DNA from: Nitrospirota bacterium
GTDB taxonomy: Bacteria > Nitrospirota > Thermodesulfovibrionia > Thermodesulfovibrionales > JdFR-86
DNA length: 64,000 bases
Assembly (NCBI GenBank): GCA_963721805.1
Contig: CAVRJY010000002.1
Location: 256,001-320,000, forward strand
Direction of reading: 5' to 3'
Positions 12,482 to 21,856 of this stretch are shown here, in pieces; within the stretch, counting starts at the first letter, position 1, and every line of letters starts with the position of its first letter. A model generated the notes under the pieces. The model saw only the letters and a program-made list of their open reading frames with translations, was not told the DNA's origin and made no database searches. Made by a program: the position numbers and the translations under genes.

Positions 12482-13485
12482 TGGGTGAACCTTCCCTTGC
12501 CGCTTCGGGACGGGACGTCGGTGCCGTGGATCTGCGAATGGCAGTCCGTGCACCTCGTGTAGAACGTGGCCTTCGTCTCCCGGCTGCCGTTCGCCCCGGT
12601 TATATCATGGCCGGTGTGGCACTGCAGGCACAGAAACGGCTGGCTTACGGTGAGGAGGTCCTCGTTGACCGAGCCGTGCGGCTTGTGGCAGGCCGTGCAG
12701 TCCTCGGTGAGGTCGGCGTGCTCGAACGCGAACGGGCCCTCTTTCTCGGCGTGGCATCTGGTGCAGGTGGACTTCACCGTGGCGTTTCTAAGCAGCTTGT
12801 CCGTTACCGTGCCGTGGGGGTTGTGGCAGTCGGTGCAGAAGACCTTGCGCTCGAGGATCGGGTGGTGGCTCGGGAGCGAGAACTCCGCGAGCACGTCCTC
12901 GTGGCATTTGGTGCACATGTTGTAAGTCTCGCGCGGCCTGACGATCAGGTCGGCCCCGGCGTGTATCTGGTGGCAGTCCGAGCAGCTCACGTCGTTCTGC
13001 GCGTGTTCCCCGGCGTTCCACGAATGGAGGTTGAACGTCGCGTTGGCGGTGTGGCACTTCAGACATACGAGGGAGCGCGCTCGGGCCGGGAGCGTCTTGA
13101 AGTCTATCAGGGTCTTGAAATTGCACTCGGTGCGTTTGCCGTTCTTGAGGTCCTCGGCGACCTTCTCGGGCGTGAGGCCCTCGATGGCCAGGCTCCCGGG
13201 GCCGTGGCAGCTCTCGCAGTCCACGATCGGCAGGCCGGCGGTGCGCGACATCTGGGCCCCCATCGTGCTGCCCTCGAAGGCCTTCCTTATGCGGTCGTGC
13301 TCGTGGCAGGCCGCGAGGCAGGCGTTGGTGCCGACGTAATCCGCGTCGAACCGGCCGAGGATCATGAGCTCATAGTCCTTTTGGGCCCAGATGGGAGGGG
13401 ACGACCGCAAGGTCTCGCAACCGGCCAGGAAGAGCGCGAGGCAGGTGAGCAACAAAATGATCCGCCGCCGTGTGAGTTGCGCCAT
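12478..13485 (-). CDS. Decaheme c-type cytochrome lipoprotein (DmsE/MtrA/PioA-like)
   Basis: 9 CxxCH + 1 CxxxCH (CLAACH); lipobox LAGC; SHHP and GPFAFEH motifs. Confidence 0.9.
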   Translation of the reverse strand: MAQLTRRRIILLLTCLALFLAGCETLRSSPPIWAQKDYELMILGRFDADYVGTNACLAACHEHDRIRKAFEGSTMGAQMSRTAGLPIVDCESCHGPGSLAIEGLTPEKVAEDLKNGKRTECNFKTLIDFKTLPARARSLVCLKCHTANATFNLHSWNAGEHAQNDVSCSDCHQIHAGADLIVRPRETYNMCTKCHEDVLAEFSLPSHHPILERKVFCTDCHNPHGTVTDKLLRNATVKSTCTRCHAEKEGPFAFEHADLTEDCTACHKPHGSVNEDLLTVSQPFLCLQCHTGHDITGANGSRETKATFYTRCTDCHSQIHGTDVPSRSGKGRFTQ

Positions 13486-13543
13486 TTCGACCCCCGGAGT
13501 TACTTAGTCCGTTAATTATACATAAATGAGGGCTGGACGGGGC

Positions 13544-13579
13544 AAAAAAAACCGGGGCGGCATTTCCTGCCGCCCCGGT
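13544..13579 (-). terminator. Terminator after the cold-shock gene
   Basis: ACCGGGGCGGCA/TGCCGCCCCGGT stem with T-tract on the minus strand. Confidence 0.8.
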
Positions 13580-13608
13580 GTTATCGGCCTCCTGAGCCGA
13601 ACGTTTGG

Positions 13609-13809
13609 TTATCTCTTGGTGACGTTGATCGCCCTCGGGCCCTTCGGGCCCTGTTCGACCTCGAAGCTGACGGCGTCGCCCTCTGCAAGGGTCTTGAAAC
13701 CGTCGGACATGATTGCTGAAAAATGCACGAACACCTCGGCCCCGTCATCTGACTTGATGAAACCGAACCCCTTCGTCTCGTTGAACCACTTCACTGTTCC
13801 GTTAGGCAT
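13609..13809 (-). CDS. Cold-shock protein (CspA family)
   Basis: [31 protein letters not shown]. Confidence 0.97.
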   Translation of the reverse strand: MPNGTVKWFNETKGFGFIKSDDGAEVFVHFSAIMSDGFKTLAEGDAVSFEVEQGPKGPRAINVTKR

Positions 13810-14190
13810 CTGCGTACTCTCTCCTTAAAAATAAATAGCGATACATGCTTCAAAAGCACATCCATACCATGTCACACACCAAGACCAAATGTCAACCATT
13901 TATTTTAGCGCTCAGACGCGGCCTGCAACGCCCACCCTCGGGCAACCTGGCCGATGAATGCATGATGGGGTATCGCTCCGGCCGGATGCGCGTTACGGCA
14001 TACTTTTTGCGCGCCCGTATCCAGCCAGCCCAACCGGATGTCAAAAATCCACCGGCAAAAACACGGCACATCATGCCCCAAACCGTCAGGAGTGCGCATC
14101 ATCAGGTCGAAAGCAGCTGATATTTAATGGAATATTCTCTGGCACAGGGATTGCTTTAATCTGTACAAAATCTTCTCCCGGAGGGTAAGG

Positions 14191-15279
14191 ATGGAGAGCT
14201 TGGCGGAAGTGACCGGAGCGATGGCGGCCAATGCGGCCTGTGTAATGGATGAGGAGACGGAGCTTGAATCCGCCGGTATGCCGACGTACATGCTGGAGGC
14301 CGTCTGGTGGGATTATATAGAACGCGCGACCGACAGGTTCCTGGCGGCCCTCAAGGGCATATATAATGAGCACTCACGCACCGGATCGCTCGGCGAAGAC
14401 GTCTATGCCGCACTGAGCGCCAGCCTCGTGGAGTTCGAGATCAGCGCCAGGATGTTCGAGCGCTCGGGCGTCAGCGAGGAAATCATCGGGCTCGCGCGCA
14501 AGCGCTACCATGAGAGGACCCGCGAGGCATTTGGCGGGAGCTATTTCGTAAACCGCACGCGCACCTGGCCTCGCGGCTACCACGGCGACTACCTGACCAT
14601 AGAGGGGATGTACAGAAACACCCCGCTCTCTGAGGGCATGGGCATGCTGATAGACCGGTACTTCCTCGAGACGAGGCTCCCGGTGGCTGTGCGCGGCAGG
14701 ATGTCCACGCTTCGGGACATGCTCGCTGAGGAGCTTGCGAAGGGCGCGCCGTTGAGCATCCTGGACATAGCCTCAGGGCCGTGCCGCGAGCTCGCGGAGC
14801 TGGCAGCGCCCATCACGGCCTCCGGCTCGCGCGTCACCTGCCTCGACATCGACGACGAGGCGCTCGGGTTTGCGCATAGCAGGCTCTCGGCGCTCGGGCT
14901 GGGCGAGGAGCACGTGACACTCAAGAAACACAACGCCGTGAAGCTCGTAAACGTCGAGCGCAGCCTGCGCGAGTTCGGGCCTCAGGACTTCATCTACAGC
15001 CTCGGGCTTTTTGACTACCTCTCGGACCGCACCATCTCAACCATGCTGCGCTCCCTGCACGCCATGCTGAAGCCGGGCGGAAGGCTCGTAGTCGCGTTCC
15101 CGGACATAGAGCGCTACAGCACGATCGAGTTCAACTGGTTCATAGACTGGCAGATCCTCCACCGCACGCGCAACGAAAGCAGGAGGATCATCGCCGAGGC
15201 CGGGATACCGGACGGACTGGTTGCCGAGACGCGCGAGCCCTCGGGCGTGATCGTCCTCTATACGATAACGAAGGAGTGA
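14191..15279 (+). CDS. Class I SAM-dependent methyltransferase (PhcB-like motif set)
   Basis: WPRGYHGDY, LDIASGPCRE, CLDID, YSLGLFDYL, LKPGG. Confidence 0.8.
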   Translation: MESLAEVTGAMAANAACVMDEETELESAGMPTYMLEAVWWDYIERATDRFLAALKGIYNEHSRTGSLGEDVYAALSASLVEFEISARMFERSGVSEEIIGLARKRYHERTREAFGGSYFVNRTRTWPRGYHGDYLTIEGMYRNTPLSEGMGMLIDRYFLETRLPVAVRGRMSTLRDMLAEELAKGAPLSILDIASGPCRELAELAAPITASGSRVTCLDIDDEALGFAHSRLSALGLGEEHVTLKKHNAVKLVNVERSLREFGPQDFIYSLGLFDYLSDRTISTMLRSLHAMLKPGGRLVVAFPDIERYSTIEFNWFIDWQILHRTRNESRRIIAEAGIPDGLVAETREPSGVIVLYTITKE

Positions 15280-15317
15280 ACCGGATTTTGAGATAGGTTC
15301 TGGTTTATAATTCCATT

Positions 15318-17072
15318 GTGAACCAGTGGGAGGAGGGAGATCGCAGGGCGTACATCGAGGACCAGCTGCTCGGCCTCACGCGCTACTGGTTCGACGTTAT
15401 CCTGCTGGTTGGGGCCGCGCTGTACCTGATATTCGCCGTGGTCGATTACTTCGCGGCCCGCGCCCAGTTCAACGAGTTCCTGAAGCTCCGCCTGATCGTA
15501 TCGTCCTCGCTCCTGCTGATGTTCTACCTCAACCGGACTACAAAGGGCGCGCTGCTGCGCGGCCCGCTGAGATACCCGCTGATATTCGTCCCCCCGGTGA
15601 TCGCCTCGCTCGGCATAGAGCTGATGGTCTTGAGGCTCGGCGGCCATGCGTCGCATTATTACGCCGGGCTCTCCCTCGTGGTGATAAGCGTGATCGGGTT
15701 CATACCGATGGGGGTCCTGCCCTCGGCCGCGTGCGCGCTGATCGTATACCTTATATACCTCGTGCCGATCCTGGAGTTCGACCTGATAACGAATATGCCG
15801 ATCTTCCTGAGCAACAACGCGTTTTTGATCGCGACATGCATACTGGCGCTCTCGTTTCGTGCGCTCAACCAGCACAACCTCAGGCGGACGCTCGAACTCC
15901 AGTTCGAGCTCGACAGCGACAAAAAGACGCTCGAGCAGTACTCGGGCGGCCTCGAACGCCTTGTAAACGAGCGCACGCGCGAGCTGAACCGCTCGGAGCT
16001 CCTGTACCGCTCGCTCTTTGAGTATGCAAACGACGGCATCATCACGATGGGCCCCGACGGCGGGATCCTGAACGTAAACCGCAAGGGCTGCGAGATGTAC
16101 GGGTATGAAAAGTCCGAGCTCGTCGGGCGGGGCATCGGCATGCTCGAGCCGGATACCGAGCCTTCGACCCTGGCCGGGCGGCTGCGCGCGGTGGCCGAGG
16201 GCGGATCGTTGCTCTACGAGGCGCGCCATGCGAGGAAAGACGGCACGAGAATAGACGTCGAGATCAGCGCCCGCGCGGTGAGCGTCGAAGACAGGCTGCT
16301 CATACAGGCGTTCGTCCGCGACGTGACCGAGAAAAAACGGCTCCAAAGCCAGCTCATGCACGCCCAGAAATTAGACTCCATAGGCAAGCTCGCCGGGGGC
16401 ATATCGCACGACTTCAACAACGTGCTCACCTCCATCCTCGGCTCTTGCGAGATGATACTTGGCGAGGAGTCGCTGGATGAATACTCGCTAGGCGCTGCGC
16501 GCAACATCGAGGGCGCGGCCCGAAGCGGAGTCACGATGGTCTCGAAGCTCCTGGACTTCGCGCGGCGCGGCGGGTCGCACGAGCGCGTCCCGTTCGATCT
16601 AAACGTCGTGGTCGAGGACACGCTGCGCATCGCCGCGGGGCTTATCAAGAAAGACACTGTCAGGCTGCGCACGGAGATCGTTCCGGGCCTGCCGCCGGTC
16701 GAGGGCGACCCCGGGCAGATCGAGCAGGTCCTGATGAACCTCATCGTAAACGCGATAGACGCCAAGCCCGGCGAGATCCGCATATCGACCGGCGCGGTGG
16801 AGATGAGCCCCGAGGCGCTCGGCGTGGGCGCATCCGGCGAGCCCGGCATGTTCGTGGCGCTTACGGTTGCGGATAACGGCGAGGGCATATCGGCCGAGCA
16901 CATGGAGCATATCTTCGAGCCGTTTTACAGCACCAAGAACAAGGGCAACGGCACCGGGCTCGGGCTCGCGATGGCCTACGGGATAATCAAGGAGCACGGC
17001 GGGTACATCAAGGCCGAGAGCGACGGCCGCACGGGCACAGCCTTCCGCATATACCTACCCGCGCGGGTTTAG
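15318..17072 (+). CDS. Membrane sensor histidine kinase (multi-TM + PAS + HisKA/HATPase)
   Basis: Several hydrophobic helices, PAS/PAC, AGGISHDFNN, NLIVNA, DNGEG, GTGLGL. Confidence 0.92.
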   Translation: MNQWEEGDRRAYIEDQLLGLTRYWFDVILLVGAALYLIFAVVDYFAARAQFNEFLKLRLIVSSSLLLMFYLNRTTKGALLRGPLRYPLIFVPPVIASLGIELMVLRLGGHASHYYAGLSLVVISVIGFIPMGVLPSAACALIVYLIYLVPILEFDLITNMPIFLSNNAFLIATCILALSFRALNQHNLRRTLELQFELDSDKKTLEQYSGGLERLVNERTRELNRSELLYRSLFEYANDGIITMGPDGGILNVNRKGCEMYGYEKSELVGRGIGMLEPDTEPSTLAGRLRAVAEGGSLLYEARHARKDGTRIDVEISARAVSVEDRLLIQAFVRDVTEKKRLQSQLMHAQKLDSIGKLAGGISHDFNNVLTSILGSCEMILGEESLDEYSLGAARNIEGAARSGVTMVSKLLDFARRGGSHERVPFDLNVVVEDTLRIAAGLIKKDTVRLRTEIVPGLPPVEGDPGQIEQVLMNLIVNAIDAKPGEIRISTGAVEMSPEALGVGASGEPGMFVALTVADNGEGISAEHMEHIFEPFYSTKNKGNGTGLGLAMAYGIIKEHGGYIKAESDGRTGTAFRIYLPARV

Positions 17073-18149
17073 CGAGGGCTCGTCGCTGAGGCTCCGGTAG
17101 ACCTCGGCGATCTCGGCCTCGCTGCGGCCGAAGGCCTCGAGCACGGCAGGGTCGAAGTGCGAGGGCAGGGTCTTGCCGTCGCCCCTTGTGATGATCTTGA
17201 CCGCCTCGCGGTGGGTGAAGGCGGGCTTATAGGGCCGCTTGCTCACGAGCGCGTCGTACTGGTCGCAGATCTTCACTATCCGGCCCTCAAGCGGGATCCC
17301 CTCGCCGCGCAGCCCGCCGGGATACCCAGAGCCGTCCCAGCATTCGTGGTGGTTAAGCGCTATCGAGGCCGCGACCATCAGCTTCGGGTGCGAAGAGTTC
17401 GACAGTATGCGCTCGCCGATGATCGTATGGCTCTTGATGACCTCGAACTGCTCGGCCGTGAGTATGCCCTCTTTCAGGAGCACGCTGTCGGCTATCGCGA
17501 TCTTGCCTATGTCGTGCATAGGGCTCGCGAAGGCGATAGTCTCGGTGAAGTCCTCCGGCATGCCGAGGGCGGAGGATATGACGCGCGTGTAGTGGCCGAT
17601 GCGGACGATGTGCGAGCCGGTGTCCGCGTCGCGGTGCTCGGCCACCGCAGTAAGGCGCTGCACGACCTCGTCGCTCAGGCTGTTGACCATCGACATGGCG
17701 TCGGCCAGCTCGGAGGTGCGCTGCCGTACGGTGCGCTCGAGCATGGCCTTGTAGTCGCGCTCGACCTCTATTAGCCGCTTGTACCTGACGGCCTTTCTGA
17801 TCGAGTGCAGGAGGTGCACGGTGCGGTAGGGCTTGAGGATGAAATCGAACGCGCCGTTTTTGATCGCGTCCAGCGCGAGGTCCAGGTCCGCAAAAGCGGT
17901 CATCAGGAGCACCGGGATGTTGGGGTCGGAGGCGCGCATACGCTCGAGCAGCATCAACCCGTTGATCTGCGGCATCTTGATGTCCGAGAGTACCGCGTCA
18001 TACGCGCCGAGCTTAAAGCGCTCGATGGCTTCGGCCGCATCGCCGCAGGGCGTCACGTTGAAGCCGTACTTTGTCAGCAGCGACGCGATGGAAGACAGGA
18101 TGAACCGGTCGTCATCGACCACCAGCACCGCGCCGGTCTCTTCTGACAT
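17055..18149 (-). CDS. Response regulator with HD-GYP phosphodiesterase domain
   Basis: VVDDD/SDIKMP receiver; MHDIGK, HHECWDGSGYP, RPYK. Confidence 0.93.
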   Translation of the reverse strand: MSEETGAVLVVDDDRFILSSIASLLTKYGFNVTPCGDAAEAIERFKLGAYDAVLSDIKMPQINGLMLLERMRASDPNIPVLLMTAFADLDLALDAIKNGAFDFILKPYRTVHLLHSIRKAVRYKRLIEVERDYKAMLERTVRQRTSELADAMSMVNSLSDEVVQRLTAVAEHRDADTGSHIVRIGHYTRVISSALGMPEDFTETIAFASPMHDIGKIAIADSVLLKEGILTAEQFEVIKSHTIIGERILSNSSHPKLMVAASIALNHHECWDGSGYPGGLRGEGIPLEGRIVKICDQYDALVSKRPYKPAFTHREAVKIITRGDGKTLPSHFDPAVLEAFGRSEAEIAEVYRSLSDEPSLNPRG

Positions 18150-18304
18150 CGAACCCCCCTTCCAGCAATGAACTCGCGTCCAACCTTATAGTTAAATATT
18201 ATATTTCAAGGGATATATGCTTGTAAACATATAATTATTACTTTAGGCGGCGCCACGTGCACCTTTTTTCCGGGTCGACTCCATGCCTCCGGCCCCATGC
18301 GAAT

Positions 18305-18337
18305 AAAAAAAGGACTCGCCGCGAGGCGAGTCCTTTT
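18305..18337 (-). terminator. Terminator downstream of tRNA-Val
   Basis: AAAAGGACTCGCC/GGCGAGTCCTTTT hairpin. Confidence 0.85.
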
Positions 18338-18345
18338 AATCTCCA

Positions 18346-18420
18346 TGGTGGGCGATGAGGGGCTTGAACCCACGACCCCTGCCGTGTGAAGGCAGTGCTC
18401 TCCCACTGAGCTAATCGCCC
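18346..18420 (-). tRNA. tRNA-Val(CAC)
   Basis: GGGCGATTAGCTCAG..CTGCC-TTCACAC-GGCAG..GGTTCAAGCC..CCA cloverleaf. Confidence 0.96.
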
Positions 18421-18562
18421 GGCATGCTAACGCGTTGAATTTTATACCAGTTGGCCCGCCGTGTGCAAGCGGCTGAGGACGATGTTATTTGGGCGTGGAA
18501 CTATACGGCAGTTACCGCCACCTTGCACCGGGCCATCGTCATAGGGCGGCCTGGTGTTGAGA

Positions 18563-19150
18563 CTACGCCGCACGCCTCCTGAGCAGATACCCGCCCGCGA
18601 ATATCAGAGAGACAAAGGTAATCAAGAGCCATGCGGGATTGTAGCCGACTGCTGAAGGTGCTGCGGGAGCCGCTTCGTACTCAATGATGTATGCGCCATA
18701 CCCGTTATATGACGCGATGTTTGTCTCCCAAATATTCCCGTATCCCGGTCCCTTCATATCGACGCCGTATTTGCCGGTACCCGGCTGTCCTGAACCCCAG
18801 GGCGAGGGCGACCAGCCCGTGACGTCAACAGTACCTTCGCCGTTGATCCATGATACCGAGTTGTCACCGGCCTGCGTGGCGCCGATCCATGCTATTCCCC
18901 ACGACCACCCGAGCCCGGAGAATACGCTCTTCACAGTGTTGTATTCCGCTTCGGTGGTTATCGTTACGAGGTGTCCGGGCTGGCCGCTGTAAGTCTTTGT
19001 CAGGGCATCCGCGTTCGCCTGATCCCATGTGCCAGTATAAAGAATCCCATCGTAGTAATGGCCGTTATACAAGATCGGAGAGGCCTCGGCAATTGAAACG
19101 ATCATCAGCAGCGCCAGGCACAACACTATGGTTATCAGCTTGCGGTTCAT
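18563..19150 (-). CDS. Secreted C-type-lectin-like protein with C-terminal membrane anchor
   Basis: Signal peptide; NGHYY, TWDQA, GHLVTITT.AE, AWIG, YIIEYE; terminal TM + RRR. Confidence 0.75.
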   Translation of the reverse strand: MNRKLITIVLCLALLMIVSIAEASPILYNGHYYDGILYTGTWDQANADALTKTYSGQPGHLVTITTEAEYNTVKSVFSGLGWSWGIAWIGATQAGDNSVSWINGEGTVDVTGWSPSPWGSGQPGTGKYGVDMKGPGYGNIWETNIASYNGYGAYIIEYEAAPAAPSAVGYNPAWLLITFVSLIFAGGYLLRRRAA

Positions 19151-19334
19151 TGATCCCCCCGAACATTAATATTTCAATGATCGGATAACTTTATAATAAA
19201 TATATATAAATGTCAATTAAAATGTCTCTTGGCGAGGTCTCCTGGCCGGCCGCGCTAGGGGATTTGCTGAAGTGGTGGTAAAATGAAAATATCACCACAA
19301 GCGCCGATGGATGGCGCAGAAGGAGGCCGGCACG

Positions 19335-19604
19335 ATGAGGAAGGCAGTTTTAGCGGTATCGTTGATCGTTGCAATGGCGGGCGGAGTGAGCGTATTCGCC
19401 GCCGGATCGGGCACGACTTCCGGCACGACGACGGGGACTACGACGGGGACTACGTCGGGCTCCGACACGGGCACGCCTCCTCCCGATAATCCGATGCCTT
19501 GGAATATGCCTGACCAATACAGAAATCCCGCGCATCCGGTCGAAGGCGGCTCGGACATCAACTCTCCCATCCCGATAGAGAACGCGCCCGTAATCAACCC
19601 GTAG
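19335..19604 (+). CDS. Small secreted low-complexity (Thr/Gly/Pro-rich) protein
   Basis: SD AGGAGG at 19321, signal peptide, GTTT repeats encoded by 12-bp ACGACGGGGACT units. Confidence 0.65.
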   Translation: MRKAVLAVSLIVAMAGGVSVFAAGSGTTSGTTTGTTTGTTSGSDTGTPPPDNPMPWNMPDQYRNPAHPVEGGSDINSPIPIENAPVINP

Positions 19605-19677
19605 ACGAATTATTAAGGGCTGAGGGCCGCATCAACGCGGGTATCGCCCTGCGCTCATCTGTTATTATCTCAGTATC

Positions 19678-20961
19678 ATGGCCCCTGAGATAACAGCCCC
19701 GCGCTCGCCGCGCTACAAGTGGTGGGTCGTCTTCATGCTCTGGGGCGTATGCTTCTTCAATTACGCCGACCGGCAGGCGATCTACTCGGTCTTCCCGGTG
19801 CTCAAAGACGAGCTCGGGCTCGACAAGGTCCAGCTCGGGCTCATAGGCTCGGCCTTCATGTGGGTCTACGCGGCCGGCGCGCCGTTTGCCGGGTTCGTCA
19901 GCGACCGCATGAGGCGTAAGACGCTCATACTCGGGGGCTGCGCGTTTTGGAGCGTAGTGACCATGGCCACCGGCTGGTGCTCGCGGCTCTGGCAGTTCGT
20001 CACGGTCCGGGCGCTCGAGGGCTTCGGCGAGACGTTCTATTTCCCTGCGTCGATGGCCCTGATCAGCGATTACCACGGCCCGGACACGCGCTCGCGTGCG
20101 CTATCGTTCCACCAGTCGAGCGTGTATGCCGGGACTATCATGGGAAGCTGGCTCGGCGCATGGTTTGCGGAGCACATTGGCTGGAGGATGGGTTTTTACT
20201 TTTTTGGTTCAGCTGGAATCGTACTCTCGGTGGTTCTTTGGCGCGCCTTGCGCGAGCCCGTGCGCGGCGAGGCCGAGGCGGTGGCACAGGCCGAGGCACT
20301 CCCGCCCCTGCCGCTTAAGGAAACCGCCAAGGTCATATTCCATAACCCGATGGTGATACTTTTGATGCTCGCGTTTCTGGCCGCGAACTTCGTCGCGACG
20401 ATATTCCTGACATGGACGCCGACCTTTCTGGTCGAGAAGTTCAACTTCCACCTGACGACGGCCGGGCTTTCGGGCGCTGTATTCATCCACCTCGCGAGCG
20501 CGGCGAGCGTGCCGTTTGGCGGGATCATGGCCGACAGGTTCTCGCGCCGGATGGCCGGGGGGAGAATGCTCGTGCAGGCTATAGGGCTGCTGGTAGGCTC
20601 TGAGTTCGTGTTCCTGATCGGCACGACCGCGGACGTGACGACGCTCCTTATATCGATGGTCTGCTTCGGGCTCTGTAAGGGGCTCTACGACTCGAATATC
20701 TTCGCATCGCTCTATGACGCTATAGAGCCCCGAGCCCGCGCGAGCGCGGCCGGGGTGATGAACGCGGTCGGGTGGGGCGGGGGCGCGCTCGGGCCGCTCG
20801 CGCTCGGCATATTCTCTAAATACGGAGGGCAGCCCACGGAGATGGAGAACATGAGCCTCGCGATCTCTTACTGCGCCGCGATCTACATAGCCGGGGCCGG
20901 GCTGCTCATGGCCAATATCGTGCTGTTCGCCAAGGATCACTCGATCAGACAATCCTCTTAA
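19678..20961 (+). CDS. MFS transporter
   Basis: About 12 TM helices; NYADRQ, GFVSDRMRRK, GIMADRF motifs. Confidence 0.92.
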   Translation: MAPEITAPRSPRYKWWVVFMLWGVCFFNYADRQAIYSVFPVLKDELGLDKVQLGLIGSAFMWVYAAGAPFAGFVSDRMRRKTLILGGCAFWSVVTMATGWCSRLWQFVTVRALEGFGETFYFPASMALISDYHGPDTRSRALSFHQSSVYAGTIMGSWLGAWFAEHIGWRMGFYFFGSAGIVLSVVLWRALREPVRGEAEAVAQAEALPPLPLKETAKVIFHNPMVILLMLAFLAANFVATIFLTWTPTFLVEKFNFHLTTAGLSGAVFIHLASAASVPFGGIMADRFSRRMAGGRMLVQAIGLLVGSEFVFLIGTTADVTTLLISMVCFGLCKGLYDSNIFASLYDAIEPRARASAAGVMNAVGWGGGALGPLALGIFSKYGGQPTEMENMSLAISYCAAIYIAGAGLLMANIVLFAKDHSIRQSS

Positions 20962-21071
20962 TCTATTTTCCTGCCGATAATATCAATTGTTGACTGAGAA
21001 AGTGGCCGGCCGGCCACTTTTAAATGAGCGGGGTCTTTCCCGCGAATAGCTGCCACGGGACGCTGTCCCGA

Positions 21072-21096
21072 ATACTTGACAAAATTACTCGGGTAT
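21072..21096 (+). promoter_or_regulatory. IscR type-1-like operator overlapping a TTGACA -35
   Basis: ATACTTGACAAAATTACTCGGGTAT matches 23/25 positions of the E. coli type-1 consensus ATASYYGACTRWWWYAGTCRRSTAT as I recall it. Confidence 0.8.
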
Positions 21097-21110
21097 TATA
21101 ATCTTTATTC

Positions 21111-21593
21111 ATGTTGAGGCTATCGACAAAGGGACAGTACGGCGTGCGGGCGATGGTCGAGGTCGCGCGCGGGTATCCGGCCGAGACGACCTCGATAAAG
21201 GAGATCTCGGCCCGGCAGGACGTCTCGGTGGCCTATCTGGAGCAGATACTGAGCACGCTTAGGCGCGCCGGGCTGATCACGAGCGTCAAGGGCCCGGGCG
21301 GCGGTTACAGGCTCAGCCGCCCTCCAAAGGAGGTCAGCATCGGGTTGATACTGCGTGCGCTGGAGGGTCCGGTCGCGATCACCTCGTGCATGGACCCGGC
21401 CGAGGGGTGCGTCAGGGCCGACAGCTGCGTGAGCCACCTGCTCTGGAAGTCCCTCGGCGAGAAGATCGAGGGGTTCCTCGATACGATCTCTCTAGAGACC
21501 CTCCTTGCCGAGGAGCGCCAGCTTCTGAGAAAACGCCCCGCCGCCCTTCGTATCGTCGGACGCAAGGGAGGGAAGGCGGTAGCCTCGGCATGA
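21111..21593 (+). CDS. iscR: Rrf2-family Fe-S cluster regulator
   Basis: LSTKGQYG, YLEQI, GPGGGY, three Cys + H.LW. Confidence 0.88.
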   Translation: MLRLSTKGQYGVRAMVEVARGYPAETTSIKEISARQDVSVAYLEQILSTLRRAGLITSVKGPGGGYRLSRPPKEVSIGLILRALEGPVAITSCMDPAEGCVRADSCVSHLLWKSLGEKIEGFLDTISLETLLAEERQLLRKRPAALRIVGRKGGKAVASA

Positions 21594-21853
21594 CGATCAA
21601 GTTCGTAAACGACGTGCACGCGGACGTTACGACTGACGTTGTGTACATGATGTGCCCGATGCATCTGCTGAAGCTCGAGGAGATGATAAAGGAGATAGAG
21701 CCGGGGCAGGTGCTCGAGATTCTGACGGACTACGACGGCGCGCTCGAGGACATACCGGCATGGTGCGAGAAGCACGGCCACGAGTTCATAGGGATAGACG
21801 AGGCCGAGGATTTCTACAAGTTCTATATAAGAAAGAGGAAGGAGGGCTGCTAA
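21590..21853 (+). CDS. tusA: TusA/SirA-like sulfur carrier
   Basis: ATG 21590 overlaps the iscR stop; CPM motif, GQVLEILTD, DIPAWC. Confidence 0.8.
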   Translation: MTIKFVNDVHADVTTDVVYMMCPMHLLKLEEMIKEIEPGQVLEILTDYDGALEDIPAWCEKHGHEFIGIDEAEDFYKFYIRKRKEGC

Positions 21854-21856
21854 GAG

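Noticed and set aside
18206..18406. Small ORFs overlapping tRNAs (also 44119-44304 and 45165-45467)
   Set aside because: They are translations of tRNA sequence or its complement.
19410..19460. Short tandem repeats as a possible CRISPR
   Set aside because: 12-bp in-frame coding repeats with no spacers; no CRISPR array or cas gene is seen anywhere in the window.
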